Shown: positions 9,240-20,049, numbered from the stretch's first letter. The stretch: 64,000 nt of DNA from an uncultured bacterium (GCA_903829325.1 CAIKPM010000015.1:33597-97596), one strand, 5' to 3'. Notes: a model not told the origin generated them from the sequence alone. Numbers and translations are program-made.

Positions 9240-11375
9240 GTGAATCGTCATCGTGCAACTATATGGCCTGGTCGCCCATATCCGTTAGGGGCTAGTTGGG
9301 ACGGTAAGGGTGTCAACTTTGCCCTGTTTTCCGCGCATGCAGAACGCGTTGAATTATGTATTTTCGACGAACGTGGTCATCGAGAAATCGAACGTCATGT
9401 CTTGCCCGAATACACCGATGAGGTTTGGCACGGATATCTACCCGCAGCGCGACCTGGCTTACTCTACGGTTACCGCGTTTTTGGTCCCTATGATCCAGCC
9501 AATGGCCATCGCTTTAATGGTAACAAACTGTTGCTCGACCCGTATGCTCGTTTATACGCGGGGAAATTGCGCTGGAGCGATGCTCATTTTGGCCATCGTG
9601 TCGGCACGCCTCGCGCTGATTTATCGTTTGATCGTCGCGATAATGCTGCGGGTATGCCTAAATGTGTCGTTGTCGACCAAGCGTACACGTGGGGTAATGA
9701 TCGTCCACCGTATACACGCTGGCACGAAAGTATCATCTATGAAATGCACGTGCGCGGCTATACGATGCGACGGGGCGATGTTCCGGCGGCGTTGCGTGGG
9801 ACGTTTCTCGGGCTATCGCAGCCGCAAATCTTGGAGCATCTTGCGACCTTGGGTGTCACTGCGGTTGAGTTGCTGCCTATCCACGCATACCCAGATGATC
9901 GCTATTTAGTTGATCGTGGTTTGCGCAATTTTTGGGGCTACAATTCGTTGGGTTTCTTTGCGCCTGATCAACGCTATCTTACGAGCGATTCGATCAATGA
10001 ATGCAAAACGATGGTCCGGCGTTTTCACGACGTGGGAATTGAAGTCATCCTTGATGTCGTGTATAACCACACGTGTGAGGGCAACCATCTCGGGCCAACC
10101 TTATCGTTCCGAGGGATCGATAACAAGACGTATTATCAGCTTGTTCCGGGCAATGAGCGTTATTATCTTGATTTTACGGGCACAGGCAATACCGTCAATT
10201 TGCAGCAGCCGCGCGTATTGCAGCTGGTCATGGATTCATTACGCTATTGGGTGCAAGATATGCACGTGGATGGATTCCGTTTTGATTTAGCGTCGACTTT
10301 GGCGCGTACCCCGCATGGCTTTTCTTGGCAGAGCGCGTTTTTAGAAGCGATTGCCCAAGACCCCGTGCTCTCGCGCGTGAAGCTCATCGCCGAACCGTGG
10401 GATCTTGGCGAGGGCGGATATCAAGTCGGTCACTTCCCGCCTGGTTGGTCTGAGTGGAACGATAAATACCGTGACACGGTGCGACGCTTTTGGCAAGGCA
10501 TGGATGGTATCGTGCCTGAACTTGCATCGCGGCTTTGTGGATCCAGCCAAGACTATGATAAATCGGGACGGCGCCCACGCGCAACGGTTAATTTTATCAC
10601 GGCGCACGATGGCTTCACGCTCACTGATTTGGTGAGTTATAATAATAAGCACAACGAAGCCAACGGTGAAGATAATCGTGATGGCACGAATACCAACCAT
10701 AGTTGGAATTGTGGGGCCGAAGGTGAGACTCGTGACCCACATGTACTCGCCTTGCGCATCAAACAGCGCCGGAATCTCATGGCAACCTTGTTGCTTTCGC
10801 AAGGATTGCCGATGCTGCGAGCTGGTGATGAATTAAATCAAACCCAGCATGGCAATAATAATGCCTATTGCCAAGATAACGATATCAGTTATGTTGATTG
10901 GGAAAAAGCCGATAAAGATGCTGGGGATATGGTTGGTTTCATTCATACCCTCACCAAGATTCGTCGGGATCATCCTGTCTTTCGTCGGCAACGTTTTTTA
11001 CGGGGCACCCCTATCAAGGGAACCCATCTCAAGGATATCACCTGGGTTACGCCTCAGGGCCGTGAGATGAGCGATGCCGATTGGCACGATCCTGCACGAC
11101 GGTGCTTGGGCTTGCATTTTGGTGGTGATCCGGGGGATTCGTTCATCAGCTTATTGGGATATCGCGAGCGTGATGACAATTTTCTGCTCTTACTCAATGC
11201 GCACGATGAAGCGATCGAATGGGTGATGCCTCCTGGCGATAACCTCGTGGCATGGGGATTATTACTTGATACGAATTGGCCGTCTCCCCAAGCCGCTGGT
11301 ACCCAAGTTGCTATTGGGCAACGCTATCGCTTGGAACCACGTTCCCTATCATTATTTATTGGTACGATGCACTAA
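9240..11375 (+). CDS. glgX: glycogen debranching enzyme
   Basis: 711 aa with a GTG start. The N-terminus PYPLGASWDGKGVNFALFS and the GH13 motifs DVVYNHT, GFRFDLAS and AEPWD are typical of GlgX. Confidence 0.92.
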   Translation: MNRHRATIWPGRPYPLGASWDGKGVNFALFSAHAERVELCIFDERGHREIERHVLPEYTDEVWHGYLPAARPGLLYGYRVFGPYDPANGHRFNGNKLLLDPYARLYAGKLRWSDAHFGHRVGTPRADLSFDRRDNAAGMPKCVVVDQAYTWGNDRPPYTRWHESIIYEMHVRGYTMRRGDVPAALRGTFLGLSQPQILEHLATLGVTAVELLPIHAYPDDRYLVDRGLRNFWGYNSLGFFAPDQRYLTSDSINECKTMVRRFHDVGIEVILDVVYNHTCEGNHLGPTLSFRGIDNKTYYQLVPGNERYYLDFTGTGNTVNLQQPRVLQLVMDSLRYWVQDMHVDGFRFDLASTLARTPHGFSWQSAFLEAIAQDPVLSRVKLIAEPWDLGEGGYQVGHFPPGWSEWNDKYRDTVRRFWQGMDGIVPELASRLCGSSQDYDKSGRRPRATVNFITAHDGFTLTDLVSYNNKHNEANGEDNRDGTNTNHSWNCGAEGETRDPHVLALRIKQRRNLMATLLLSQGLPMLRAGDELNQTQHGNNNAYCQDNDISYVDWEKADKDAGDMVGFIHTLTKIRRDHPVFRRQRFLRGTPIKGTHLKDITWVTPQGREMSDADWHDPARRCLGLHFGGDPGDSFISLLGYRERDDNFLLLLNAHDEAIEWVMPPGDNLVAWGLLLDTNWPSPQAAGTQVAIGQRYRLEPRSLSLFIGTMH

Positions 11376-11401
11376 CAGGGTGCTGAAAGAGGCTACTCAC
11401 T

Positions 11402-13579
11402 ATGCCGCAATCTCTTGAGGAACTCGCCGTTTCGTTTGAACGCATTGATGAATTGGCTGCCTTATTGGGGATTGAGCCGCACTACGTGGACGCTTTTGGG
11501 AATGACCACGCAACCAGTTTGGCAACCAAGCAGCGCATACTGGCGGCTATGGGCTATGCCAGCGATACGAATCTCGAGCTAGATGCCGCTTTTGCGGCTT
11601 ATACCGATCGTTCGTGGGAACGACTCTTGGAGCCGGTGCTGGTTGTACGCGAAGCGGGCACGCCTTGGGAATGTCCGTTAACCTTTCCCCGTGACTTGCG
11701 TGACGCACAGTGTACTTGGCAACTGCTCGAAGAAAATGGGACCTTGCACGAAGGCGTGCTAGAACTCGCACAGTGTGCTTGGCTAGGTGAGCGACAAGTG
11801 CAAGAGTCTTGGTACGAGCGTCGCAGTTTCTCATTGCCGCCGACTCTGTCTTTGGGCTACCATCAATTGTCTGTCTGTATGAGTTTCGCTGAGCGACAAT
11901 TGACTGCTCAGATGAAGCTCATCATCGCACCTAGGCAATGTTATTTGCCGCCAAAACTCGAGCAAGGTGGGCGGGTTTTTGGTATTGCTACTCAGCTGTA
12001 CGCACTGACCTCTTCACAGCGCCCAGCGGGTATTGGTACCTTCAGCGATCTGCGAGACTTTGCCCAGATGTGCCAAGGTCACGGGGTGGCGGCGATTGGC
12101 TTGAATCCCTTGCACGAGCTCGATCCGCTCAACCCCACTGCCTGTAGCCCGTATAGTCCCTCAAGTCGCAGAATGCTTCACCCGCTCTATCTCGATCTTG
12201 CGGCGATTCCTGAATGGCAAGCCGAAGATGCCGAGTGGATTTCGACCGCGACTCCGAAATTTATTGATTATGCCGCGGTTGCGCATGAAAAACGTCGCGC
12301 GTTGGAGGTGTTGTATCGACGTTTTCGTCGCCGTCATCTTGAGCCCGAAACCCAGCGCGGCGCTGATTTTCGCACTTTCGTGCAGCAAAGCGGTGCGCTT
12401 TTTGCCCGTTTATGTCTGTTCAATGTCTTAGCAGAGCATTTTGCCCTTCAGGGTCTTTTTTCGTGGCATCACTGGCCCAAAGAATATCAGGATGCGCATT
12501 CTCCCACGGTTGCGGCTTTTGCCGAGGCGCAACGAGAGCGAGTCGAATTTTTTGCCTACCAGCAGTGGGAAGCGGAACGCCAGTTGGCGGGTGCGGCCGC
12601 CGTTTGTGCGCCAATGGATATTGGCCTCTACGGGGATATCGCGGTTGGTGTTGATGCAAGCAGTGCGGATAGTTGGGCGTTGCAGCAAGTCTTTGTGTCT
12701 GATATTGGCGTTGGGGCTCCACCGGATTGGCTCAATCGTGAGGGGCAGAGTTGGGGTATTGTCGCCTTTTCTCCTGAAATATTACGCGAGCACGCATATG
12801 CCGAATTTATCGATCTGCTGCGCGCGAATATGCGGGCGCGCGGTGCCGTCCGGATTGATCATGCTATGTCGCTGTTGCGTTTATTTTGGATTCCCCACGG
12901 TTTTTCAGCGGCTGAGGGCGCCTACGTGCGTTATCCCGTTGAGGATTTGTTTGCGATTGTTGCTCTGGAAAGTCAACGCAATCGCTGCATGGTTATTGGA
13001 GAAGATCTCGGAACGGTTCCGCCGGGCTTTCGCGAGCGCATGGAAACTCATCGTATTTTTGCGTATCGCCTCGCGTTATTTGAGCGTGAAGGTGATGGGT
13101 ATTTTATCCCACCCGAGCGCTATCCGCGATATGCCTTGTCTAGTCTGGGTACGCATGATTTGCCGCCGCTTGCTGGCTTTTGGACAGGGAGCGACATCGA
13201 TGTGCGTGCAGAACTTGGTTGGGTAGTGGATCGAGCTGATGATGAGGCGCAACGCGCCAAGGATAGAGAGCGCTTGCTTGAGGCGTTGACCGTGCACGGG
13301 GGGCTGTCTGAATTCGATGCCGGGCGTTTACGGGTGGGGGAGAGTGCAACGATACCAGCATTAATCGAAGCCGCGTATCGTTTTGTAGGGCGAACGTCTT
13401 CGCAGCTCGCGATGTTGCAGCTTGAGGATATCTTTGCTCTTACGCCAGCTATTAATGTGCCCGGAACTATATCGGAGCAGCCGAATTGGCGCAGGCGTTT
13501 TTTCCCGCCGATTGATGCGATTGCTGCTCATCCCAGTTTTATGGCACTCACGAAGATGTTACGTGAGCTGCGAAATTAG
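11402..13579 (+). CDS. malQ: 4-alpha-glucanotransferase (amylomaltase), long form
   Basis: 725 aa. GH77 motifs are visible (VRIDHAMSL, VIGEDLGTVP, LGTHDLPP), with an N-terminal extension as in MalQ-type enzymes. Confidence 0.9.
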   Translation: MPQSLEELAVSFERIDELAALLGIEPHYVDAFGNDHATSLATKQRILAAMGYASDTNLELDAAFAAYTDRSWERLLEPVLVVREAGTPWECPLTFPRDLRDAQCTWQLLEENGTLHEGVLELAQCAWLGERQVQESWYERRSFSLPPTLSLGYHQLSVCMSFAERQLTAQMKLIIAPRQCYLPPKLEQGGRVFGIATQLYALTSSQRPAGIGTFSDLRDFAQMCQGHGVAAIGLNPLHELDPLNPTACSPYSPSSRRMLHPLYLDLAAIPEWQAEDAEWISTATPKFIDYAAVAHEKRRALEVLYRRFRRRHLEPETQRGADFRTFVQQSGALFARLCLFNVLAEHFALQGLFSWHHWPKEYQDAHSPTVAAFAEAQRERVEFFAYQQWEAERQLAGAAAVCAPMDIGLYGDIAVGVDASSADSWALQQVFVSDIGVGAPPDWLNREGQSWGIVAFSPEILREHAYAEFIDLLRANMRARGAVRIDHAMSLLRLFWIPHGFSAAEGAYVRYPVEDLFAIVALESQRNRCMVIGEDLGTVPPGFRERMETHRIFAYRLALFEREGDGYFIPPERYPRYALSSLGTHDLPPLAGFWTGSDIDVRAELGWVVDRADDEAQRAKDRERLLEALTVHGGLSEFDAGRLRVGESATIPALIEAAYRFVGRTSSQLAMLQLEDIFALTPAINVPGTISEQPNWRRRFFPPIDAIAAHPSFMALTKMLRELRN

Positions 13580-13691
13580 AGCAAATGTTGGATACACCGA
13601 GAAGATGAGCAGCGGCCTTTATCTTCTCCCAATACTTGCCGAAAAGCATAGAGACCAAGCTGTGTCGCGTCCAATGAATAGGTAGGGAACT

Positions 13692-16205
13692 TTGAAAGCT
13701 GTTGTCATGGCCGGGGGTGAAGGCTCGCGTTTGCGTCCGCTTACCTCGCGTCGTCCGAAGCCCCTTGCTCCAGTTGTCAATAAGCCGGTCATGCACCATA
13801 TTGTCGATCTGCTGAGACGGCACGGCGTGACCGAAATTATTGCGACCTTGCATTATATGGCTGACGAGATAGAAGCGTATTTCGGCGATGGCAGCGACTT
13901 TGGCGTCCGGATGAATTATGTCATCGAGGACACCCCGCTCGGCACGGCTGGTGCGGTCAAATTGGCTCAACCCTATCTTAATGATGATACTTTCCTGATT
14001 ATTTCAGGCGACGCGTTAACCGATCTGGATCTGACGACTTTAGTCCGGCGTCATAAAGAAACCAATAGCACTGCGACGATCACGCTCCAACGGGTTGCCA
14101 ATCCACTTGAGTTTGGCGTTGTGGTGACGGATACCAACGGAAAGATCGAACGCTTTTTGGAGAAACCGTCTTGGGGTGAAGTCTTTTCCGATACAATCAA
14201 TACCGGAATTTATGTTTTAGAGCCGTCGATTTTTGACTACATGGACGCGGGGAAAAACTATGATTTTTCTAAGGATATTTTTCCGCGAATCTTGCACGAA
14301 GGCAAGCATATTCACGGTCATATCACGACCGATTATTGGACCGATATCGGCAATCTCGAGCAATTTGCGCAGGCAAATCTCGATGCCTTAGCCGGCAAGG
14401 TTAAGCTTGACATTGCTGGTCACGAGCTGAACAAAGGCGTTTGGGTTGGTGACGGTGCTCGAATCCATCCGGATGCGACCTTGATTGCGCCGGTTGTCAT
14501 CGGACAAAATGTCACGATCGAGGCTGGTGCGACGGTTGGGCCGTCCAGTAGTATTGGGGATGCCTCTATTATTTCTGTGGATGCAAGAGTCCGACGCTCG
14601 ACTGTTTTTGAAGATTGCTACATCGGCGAAGGTGCGACACTGGAAAGCGCGACGGTTGCTGATCGCAATATCATCAAAGACCGGGTTCGTATTGGGGAAG
14701 CGAGCGTTATTGGTCGCGGGTGTACCATTGGGACGGGAGCGGTGGTTGGCCCGCATTTGAAAATTTGGCCAGAAAAATCAATCGCTTCTGGGGCATTGGT
14801 TTCGATGTCCCTGATTTATGGCAGTAAATGGCCAGGCTCGTTGTTTGGCAGTGATGGTGTCAGTGGGCTAGCCAATATCGAAATCACCCCCGAGTTCGCG
14901 ATCAAATTGGGGCAAGCCATTGGTTCGTCGCTGCGCGCCGGCCAAGTTGTTGTCACTAGCCGCGATACGCACAACGCGTCACGCATTGCGAATCGCTGTA
15001 TTATTTCTGGCTTATTGAGCGTCGGGATTAATGTCAACGACTTGCGTTCTTCGCCGGGTCCGCTTTCGCGCTACGCGGCTCGGGTAGAGGGTGATGGAGG
15101 CGGAGTCCACGTTCGCGTTTCTCCCCGTGACCCAAATGCCTTATTAATTGAAGTCTACGATGGTAGTGGGGTCAATCTTTCCACTGCGTTAGAGCGTAAA
15201 ATCGAAAATGTCTTCTTTCGTGAAGACTTCCGTCGGACTGCGATGGACGATGTCGGCAGTCTGTCTTTCCCTGCTCGCACGCTAGAAAGCTACTCGAACG
15301 GCTTCGTCGAGGCGCTGGCCCCGCAAGCCTTAAAGAGCGCAGGCTTGCGCGTGGTGGTTGACTATGCATACGGCAGTGCCGCTTCGATTTTGCCTGGCTT
15401 GCTCGGTAGTCTTGGCGTCGACATGATCGCCTTGAACGCTTACCCCGATGACGCCAAACGACGGACGTATGTCAATAATCGCGGCCGTCATTTAGAACAG
15501 CTTCAGCACATTGTGCAAACCTTACAAGCCCATTTGGGTATTCTGATTGATCCGGATGCCGAGACCATTTCGTTGGTCGATGACAAAGGCCGGGCGCTCA
15601 ATGACGATGGTGTCGTCGCGTTGGTAGCAACCTTGGTTGCACGCTGGAAGCCCAATGCACGGATTGCGGTGCCAATCACCGCGCCGCAAGCACTCGAAGT
15701 CATTGCCCAGCGTTACGGGGCGACGATTGTCCGCACGCGCAGCGAGCGCCGGGCGACCGTGGCTTTCGCTCAGGCTGAACGTGACCAGCTGGATCTCGCG
15801 GTGGGTGCAGATGGCGGTATCGCTTTCCCTCACTTCCATCCGTCGTTTGACGGAATCTACGCCTCAGCAAAAATCATGGAAATGATCGCTGCAGACAAAG
15901 TGAAACTCAGCGAAGTGATCGATGCGCTGCCGTCGTGGTTCTTGGAGCGCCGTACGATTGCGTGCCCTTGGGAGCGCAAAGGTCGTATCATGCGTACGCT
16001 CCACGAAGAAGTGCGTGGCGAACACGTGGATTTGATCGATGGAATTCGCATCCATCGAGAAGGTGGCTGGGTGCTTGTGTTGCCCGATGCCTCAGACCCG
16101 GTTGTGAAAATTGTGGCTGAGGGTGGTTCGCGTGATGATGCGCGGCGCTTTGCGGATGAAGCTGCTGAACGGATCGAAACCCTTGTCGGGATGAGCAATA
16201 GTTAG
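13692..16205 (+). CDS. fused NDP-sugar pyrophosphorylase (ManC/GlmU-like, with LbH repeat) / alpha-D-phosphohexomutase-like protein
   Basis: TTG start giving [18 protein letters not shown]. Left-handed beta-helix hexapeptide repeats span about residues 240-350. The C-terminal ~470 aa align by eye to PMM/PGM, but the signature loops are divergent (see findings). Confidence 0.8.
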   Translation: MKAVVMAGGEGSRLRPLTSRRPKPLAPVVNKPVMHHIVDLLRRHGVTEIIATLHYMADEIEAYFGDGSDFGVRMNYVIEDTPLGTAGAVKLAQPYLNDDTFLIISGDALTDLDLTTLVRRHKETNSTATITLQRVANPLEFGVVVTDTNGKIERFLEKPSWGEVFSDTINTGIYVLEPSIFDYMDAGKNYDFSKDIFPRILHEGKHIHGHITTDYWTDIGNLEQFAQANLDALAGKVKLDIAGHELNKGVWVGDGARIHPDATLIAPVVIGQNVTIEAGATVGPSSSIGDASIISVDARVRRSTVFEDCYIGEGATLESATVADRNIIKDRVRIGEASVIGRGCTIGTGAVVGPHLKIWPEKSIASGALVSMSLIYGSKWPGSLFGSDGVSGLANIEITPEFAIKLGQAIGSSLRAGQVVVTSRDTHNASRIANRCIISGLLSVGINVNDLRSSPGPLSRYAARVEGDGGGVHVRVSPRDPNALLIEVYDGSGVNLSTALERKIENVFFREDFRRTAMDDVGSLSFPARTLESYSNGFVEALAPQALKSAGLRVVVDYAYGSAASILPGLLGSLGVDMIALNAYPDDAKRRTYVNNRGRHLEQLQHIVQTLQAHLGILIDPDAETISLVDDKGRALNDDGVVALVATLVARWKPNARIAVPITAPQALEVIAQRYGATIVRTRSERRATVAFAQAERDQLDLAVGADGGIAFPHFHPSFDGIYASAKIMEMIAADKVKLSEVIDALPSWFLERRTIACPWERKGRIMRTLHEEVRGEHVDLIDGIRIHREGGWVLVLPDASDPVVKIVAEGGSRDDARRFADEAAERIETLVGMSNS

Positions 16206-16217
16206 TACTCTGTAACG

Positions 16218-17306
16218 GTGCCAAATCAATTCTTGCAACAAAACGCGCGCTTGCTGCGCTGGATTCTTGCCCTTACGCTGATTTTGCTCGTTACGCAGTT
16301 ACTTGGTTTTGCTTTGGCATTGCTCGAACATGTGCGCACGACGCTTTTATTGGTGGTTTTTGCGGTTCTCTTTGCATATGCCGTGTATCCGCCGGTACGG
16401 TTGTTAGTGAGGCGTGGCGTGCCCATAGCCGCTGCTGGGGCTATTGTGTACGGGGGATTTTTGTTGCTTCTGGTCGGGGCCTTTGCTTGGTTGGCACCGA
16501 CGATTTTCAGTCAAGCGAACGAACTGATGCAAAACTATCCGCATCTCTTGCAAAGCCTCCAAGAGCAGATCGCGAATCCGCGGCATAGTCGCCTGTTGGG
16601 CAATCTGCCAGCACCGGTGCGTGATAGTATCGCTCAGCACACGAGTCAGGTTGGGACGTGGATCGGTCAGGCCGCGAATAGCGTCGGCGCGAGTGCTTTC
16701 GCTGCGTTGACCGGCGCGACGAGTTTTGTGATCGATGTCGCGATTGTACTCGGGCTTACCTCACTCTTTTTGGTTGATTTGCCGGCGATTCGACATTTCG
16801 GTACCCGGATTATCCCTCGTGCGGCACGCGCTGAGACGATCACGTTTATGCGCGATGTTGACGCGATCTTGGGCGGATTTGTCCGTGGACAGATCACGAT
16901 TGCTGGTTTAATCGCTGTCAGTGCTTCTTGGCTCTTACTGATTCTCGGAGTGCCATACGCTATACTATTGGCTTTGCTGGCGGCGTTGATCAATATCGTG
17001 CCGATTGTTGGAGCAATCATTGCGCTCTTTCCGATCGCATTTGTGGCGATTTTTACGGTTGGATTCGTCAAAACATTGATTGCGGTCATTGTGCTGTTCA
17101 TTATCTTCCAAATCCAGCAGCAGGTGATTAATCCACTGTTTGTCTCCAAAACCATCGGTGTGACGCCTTTGGTCCTGTTTCTTGCTCTGTTGCTTGGTAG
17201 CGAAATCGATGGCGTACTCGGTGCGCTCTTGGCTATGCCTGTGGCCGGGATCGCTCGCGTGGCCGCGGCGCGTATCTTCCCCCCAGATGATGAGGAGCTG
17301 GCATAA
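16218..17306 (+). CDS. AI-2E family transporter (PerM/UPF0118)
   Basis: 362 aa, multi-TM. The C-terminal region INIVPIVGAII...QQQVINPLFVSKTIGVTPLVLFLALLLG is characteristic of the AI-2E family. Confidence 0.8.
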   Translation: MPNQFLQQNARLLRWILALTLILLVTQLLGFALALLEHVRTTLLLVVFAVLFAYAVYPPVRLLVRRGVPIAAAGAIVYGGFLLLLVGAFAWLAPTIFSQANELMQNYPHLLQSLQEQIANPRHSRLLGNLPAPVRDSIAQHTSQVGTWIGQAANSVGASAFAALTGATSFVIDVAIVLGLTSLFLVDLPAIRHFGTRIIPRAARAETITFMRDVDAILGGFVRGQITIAGLIAVSASWLLLILGVPYAILLALLAALINIVPIVGAIIALFPIAFVAIFTVGFVKTLIAVIVLFIIFQIQQQVINPLFVSKTIGVTPLVLFLALLLGSEIDGVLGALLAMPVAGIARVAAARIFPPDDEELA

Positions 17307-17323
17307 TTAACTCGCTGCCGATA

Positions 17324-18565
17324 TTGCTCTACCTTGCGGTTATTGTGGCAGTGTTTTGGGCGACGATGCGTCGCACAGCCTATGGTTTAAGCGCGTTGTT
17401 CTTGGTGACCCCATTCGACTACAGCGTTGCTTGGAGCCACACGACCCTCACGCTGCCGAAAGCCGTGCTCTTGACGGTGGCGCTCAGCCTTGGGCTCAGC
17501 GGCCGTTTTGCCTGGCGAGCATGGTGCCGCACACCGCTTTTCTGGAGCGCGGTCGCGCTGTGTGCTGCAACCGCGTTGACTTTGGGGGGTGCCGCATACC
17601 ACGAGCCCGTGTTGCGTGAAACCGCGAAAATGATGTTGTATGTGCTGACGCTTGGGGTCGGGTATAGTTGTTATCGCAGCGATCCTGATGCTCGGCTGTT
17701 CGCCCAAACGGTAGCGCTGCTGGTCTTGGTGGTGTCCATCGCGGCGATAGTGCAAGAATGGACGGGCGCTCCTTCGGTATTTCGCGGCGCTGACGGATTG
17801 GTTCCGCGGGTTGCTGGTCCACTGGAGGGACCGAATCAATTAGCCGGTTTTTTTGACCTCAGTCTGACGTGGCTCATCGTCCAAGGCTTGCGTGCAAGGG
17901 GCTCCCAGCTGGTGTTGCTGAGCATTGCCCTCGGTTTGGGTATCCTGACGTTGTGCTTGACCTTTTCTCGCGGCGGGCTTGTGGCGGTGAGTCTTGTTGC
18001 AGTGCTGGTATTGTGCTTGGAACGCGGCTGGTTACGGCCGGCGGGATTGGTGTGGTGGGGGAGTAGTCTGGCTGGCTTGATCTGTGCCTTGTGGCTTGCC
18101 CACGGCGGTAGTCACCTCTTGAGTTTGAGCGATCAGGGAGATACTGGTGCGCTCGGCCACCGCAGCCAATTATGGCGGGCGGCGTGGTTTTTTTGGCGGC
18201 ATCACCCTTGGCTGGGAATTGGTGCGGGGAATTTTGAGTGGAGTTTAGCGTTGGCTGGTTATCCGAGATTACACGATCACGCCAATTCGCTCTATCTCCA
18301 GGCGCTCGCTGAGGGCGGGATCGTTCTTTTTGCGGCGACGCTAGGGGTTTTTGTGACGATCGGTGTCACCGCACGGAGAGTATGGCGTAGTGCGTCTTTG
18401 GTGGCTGGTGCATTATTTGCTACCCTTGCTCTGGCGATCCACCAAAGTGTGGATTTGCTGGTCTTTTATCCGAAAGTAGGTATGGTGTGGTGGATTTTGC
18501 TTGGGGTGGCACTCGGCTCTGCTCATGCTGAAATGCGGCCTGCTGCGGTGAAAGGCGTCGTATGA
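17324..18565 (+). CDS. O-antigen ligase-like (Wzy_C domain) membrane protein
   Basis: 413 aa, about 10-12 TM segments. Shows the FSRGGLVAV motif and a periplasmic loop with HDHANSLYLQALAEGG, typical of the O-antigen ligase/polymerase family. Confidence 0.7.
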   Translation: MLYLAVIVAVFWATMRRTAYGLSALFLVTPFDYSVAWSHTTLTLPKAVLLTVALSLGLSGRFAWRAWCRTPLFWSAVALCAATALTLGGAAYHEPVLRETAKMMLYVLTLGVGYSCYRSDPDARLFAQTVALLVLVVSIAAIVQEWTGAPSVFRGADGLVPRVAGPLEGPNQLAGFFDLSLTWLIVQGLRARGSQLVLLSIALGLGILTLCLTFSRGGLVAVSLVAVLVLCLERGWLRPAGLVWWGSSLAGLICALWLAHGGSHLLSLSDQGDTGALGHRSQLWRAAWFFWRHHPWLGIGAGNFEWSLALAGYPRLHDHANSLYLQALAEGGIVLFAATLGVFVTIGVTARRVWRSASLVAGALFATLALAIHQSVDLLVFYPKVGMVWWILLGVALGSAHAEMRPAAVKGVV

Positions 18566-19329
18566 ATCACGTGGTGTTGCTCCATGGGCTTGGGCCCGTG
18601 AGTCCGTTGGATTTTTCCCTGCGGGTGTTTTTTGCGCTCATCCTCGGCGGGCTGATCGGTGTAGAGCGGCAATGGCGACAGCGCAACGCTGGCTTGCGGA
18701 CGAACGCCTTGGTCGCAGTTGGCACGTCGCTGTTTATTATGATCACCCCGCTGATTGGGCGTGATGGCAATGTGTTCCAGATTGTTTCATACGTCGTTTC
18801 TGGTATTGGGTTTCTCGCTGGCGGCGTTATTTTTAAAGAACGCTTGAGCGTGAGCGGGCTCAATACCGCTGCAACCTTGTGGTGTACGGCGGCTGTTGGC
18901 GCTCTGGTCGGCTTTGGTTTTTTGATCGAGGCGACGATTGGCGTATGCGCCATCATGACCGCGAACGTAGCGCTGCGCCCGATCGCCCGGATTATCAACG
19001 CGCACCCGATGGAAGATTTAGAAGTCCTGGCCAGCTACGAAGTGCACGCACTCTGCCACCCGAACCTCGAGGAAGCCATCCGTTCGGTGCTGACCGATGC
19101 TCTGCACGTGAATAAACTGCCAATGACGGCGCTCTATACCGAAAATGTGGCTGATCAGCGGATGGAGATTGTCGCTGATATCACCGTTACCGGTCGTGCC
19201 GAATCGCGGCTTGAGAGGGTTGTTTCACGCTTGGCCAAGGAGTCAGGCATTATCGGGACCAGTTTCCGCCTGGTTCCCACGAGCGCTGATGAGCAGGCTG
19301 CGCTCGCAGAATCAGGCGCAACCGATTAA
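18562..19329 (+). CDS. mgtC: MgtC/SapB family membrane protein
   Basis: FALILGGLIGVERQWRQRNAGLRTNALVAVGTSLF is the MgtC signature. A soluble ACT-like C-terminal domain follows. ATGA overlap with the upstream gene. Confidence 0.8.
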   Translation: MNHVVLLHGLGPVSPLDFSLRVFFALILGGLIGVERQWRQRNAGLRTNALVAVGTSLFIMITPLIGRDGNVFQIVSYVVSGIGFLAGGVIFKERLSVSGLNTAATLWCTAAVGALVGFGFLIEATIGVCAIMTANVALRPIARIINAHPMEDLEVLASYEVHALCHPNLEEAIRSVLTDALHVNKLPMTALYTENVADQRMEIVADITVTGRAESRLERVVSRLAKESGIIGTSFRLVPTSADEQAALAESGATD

Positions 19330-19341
19330 TAATCAGGCTGC

Positions 19342-19866
19342 CTAGACGCTGCCTTTGAGGAAGGATGCCGGGGTTTCTGCGCCGGTGACTTCGCCCCGGG
19401 CAACATCGGCGCGGGCTTTGGTTTGTGCTGCGGCATTGTAGTCGCTGAGCTTAGCGACGCGTTCGGCGTGGCGCCCACCCTCGAATGGGGTGGTGAGGAA
19501 AATTTCGAGTAACCGTTCGGTCATTTCGCTGCCCGAGAGTCGCTCGCTGAGTGCAATGACGTTGACATCATTATGACGCCGCGCAAGCTCAGCTGATAGC
19601 GGTTCGAAGACTGCTGCACAGCGTACGCCGGTTACTTTGTTTGCGGCGATCGAGATCCCAATGCTCGAACCGCACACGACGATCCCTCGTTCGGCGACTC
19701 CTGTTGCGACAGCTTCCCCTACAGCAAAGCCAAAGTCGGGGTAATCGACTGCCACGCTGCTGTGCGTACCAAGGTCAAGAACCTCGTGACCAGCCTTGCG
19801 CAGGATCGTGGCGAGGTGGTCTTTGCATGTGAAGCCGGCATGATCAGCGGCAAGTGCGATCTTCAT
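19342..19866 (-). CDS. rpiB: ribose-5-phosphate isomerase B
   Basis: The recognisable protein starts at MKIALAADHAGF (ATG 19866) and includes GIVVCGSSIGISIAANK. The 371-aa ORF-track extension to 20457 is Arg/Gly-rich and lies antisense to the kgd lipoyl domain. The C-terminus is about 25-30 aa longer than a typical RpiB. Confidence 0.85.
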   Translation of the reverse strand: MKIALAADHAGFTCKDHLATILRKAGHEVLDLGTHSSVAVDYPDFGFAVGEAVATGVAERGIVVCGSSIGISIAANKVTGVRCAAVFEPLSAELARRHNDVNVIALSERLSGSEMTERLLEIFLTTPFEGGRHAERVAKLSDYNAAAQTKARADVARGEVTGAETPASFLKGSV

Positions 19867-19997
19867 AGTGCCCGTCATTTGGTGAGTGGGTGGGGGAATG
19901 CCTAGTTTGCCAGATGACTTACCCAGAAGTTCCGGGCCGCTAGCAGGCTGAGCCTGGGGCAAGCCTTGAATATCATCCAGATTACTATGTAACGAAG

Positions 19998-20026
19998 AAA
20001 AGCCCCGATCTTGTCTCGGGGCTTTT
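19998..20026 (+). promoter_or_regulatory. terminator-like hairpin in the kgd 5' leader (11-bp stem AAAAGCCCCGA / TCGGGGCTTTT, 7-nt loop)
   Basis: Read directly: aaaagccccga-tcttgtc-tcggggctttt. An A-tract lies upstream and a T-tract downstream, so it looks like an intrinsic terminator on both strands. It sits about 20 nt before the probable kgd start. Confidence 0.5.
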
Positions 20027-20049
20027 GGAAGTGTTGGAGAAAGATCTTG

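Noticed and set aside
9310-9909. 199-aa off-frame ORF within glgX
   Set aside because: It is same-strand and fully nested in a well-supported GH13 gene, with Cys/Arg/Met-rich composition.
12441-13226. 261-aa ORF in an alternative + frame inside malQ
   Set aside because: It lies entirely within a gene with clear GH77 motifs. Its translation is Arg/Cys/Leu/Ser-rich with no motif, as expected for an off-frame ORF in GC-rich DNA.
13597-13630. Inverted repeat gagaagat...atcttctc after malQ as a terminator
   Set aside because: The stem is only 8 bp and AT-rich, the loop is 14 nt, and no T-run follows. The evidence is too weak.
16667-17155. 162-aa ORF antisense to the AI-2E transporter gene
   Set aside because: It is the mirror of a hydrophobic membrane gene, which produces an Ala/Ile/Thr-rich pseudo-protein. 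There is no independent support.
19867-19997. Known structured RNA (SRP RNA, 6S RNA or a known riboswitch class) upstream of the kgd hairpin
   Set aside because: I could not recognise any conserved core motif of those families by eye. I left it as an open question under the leader-hairpin finding rather than as a feature.
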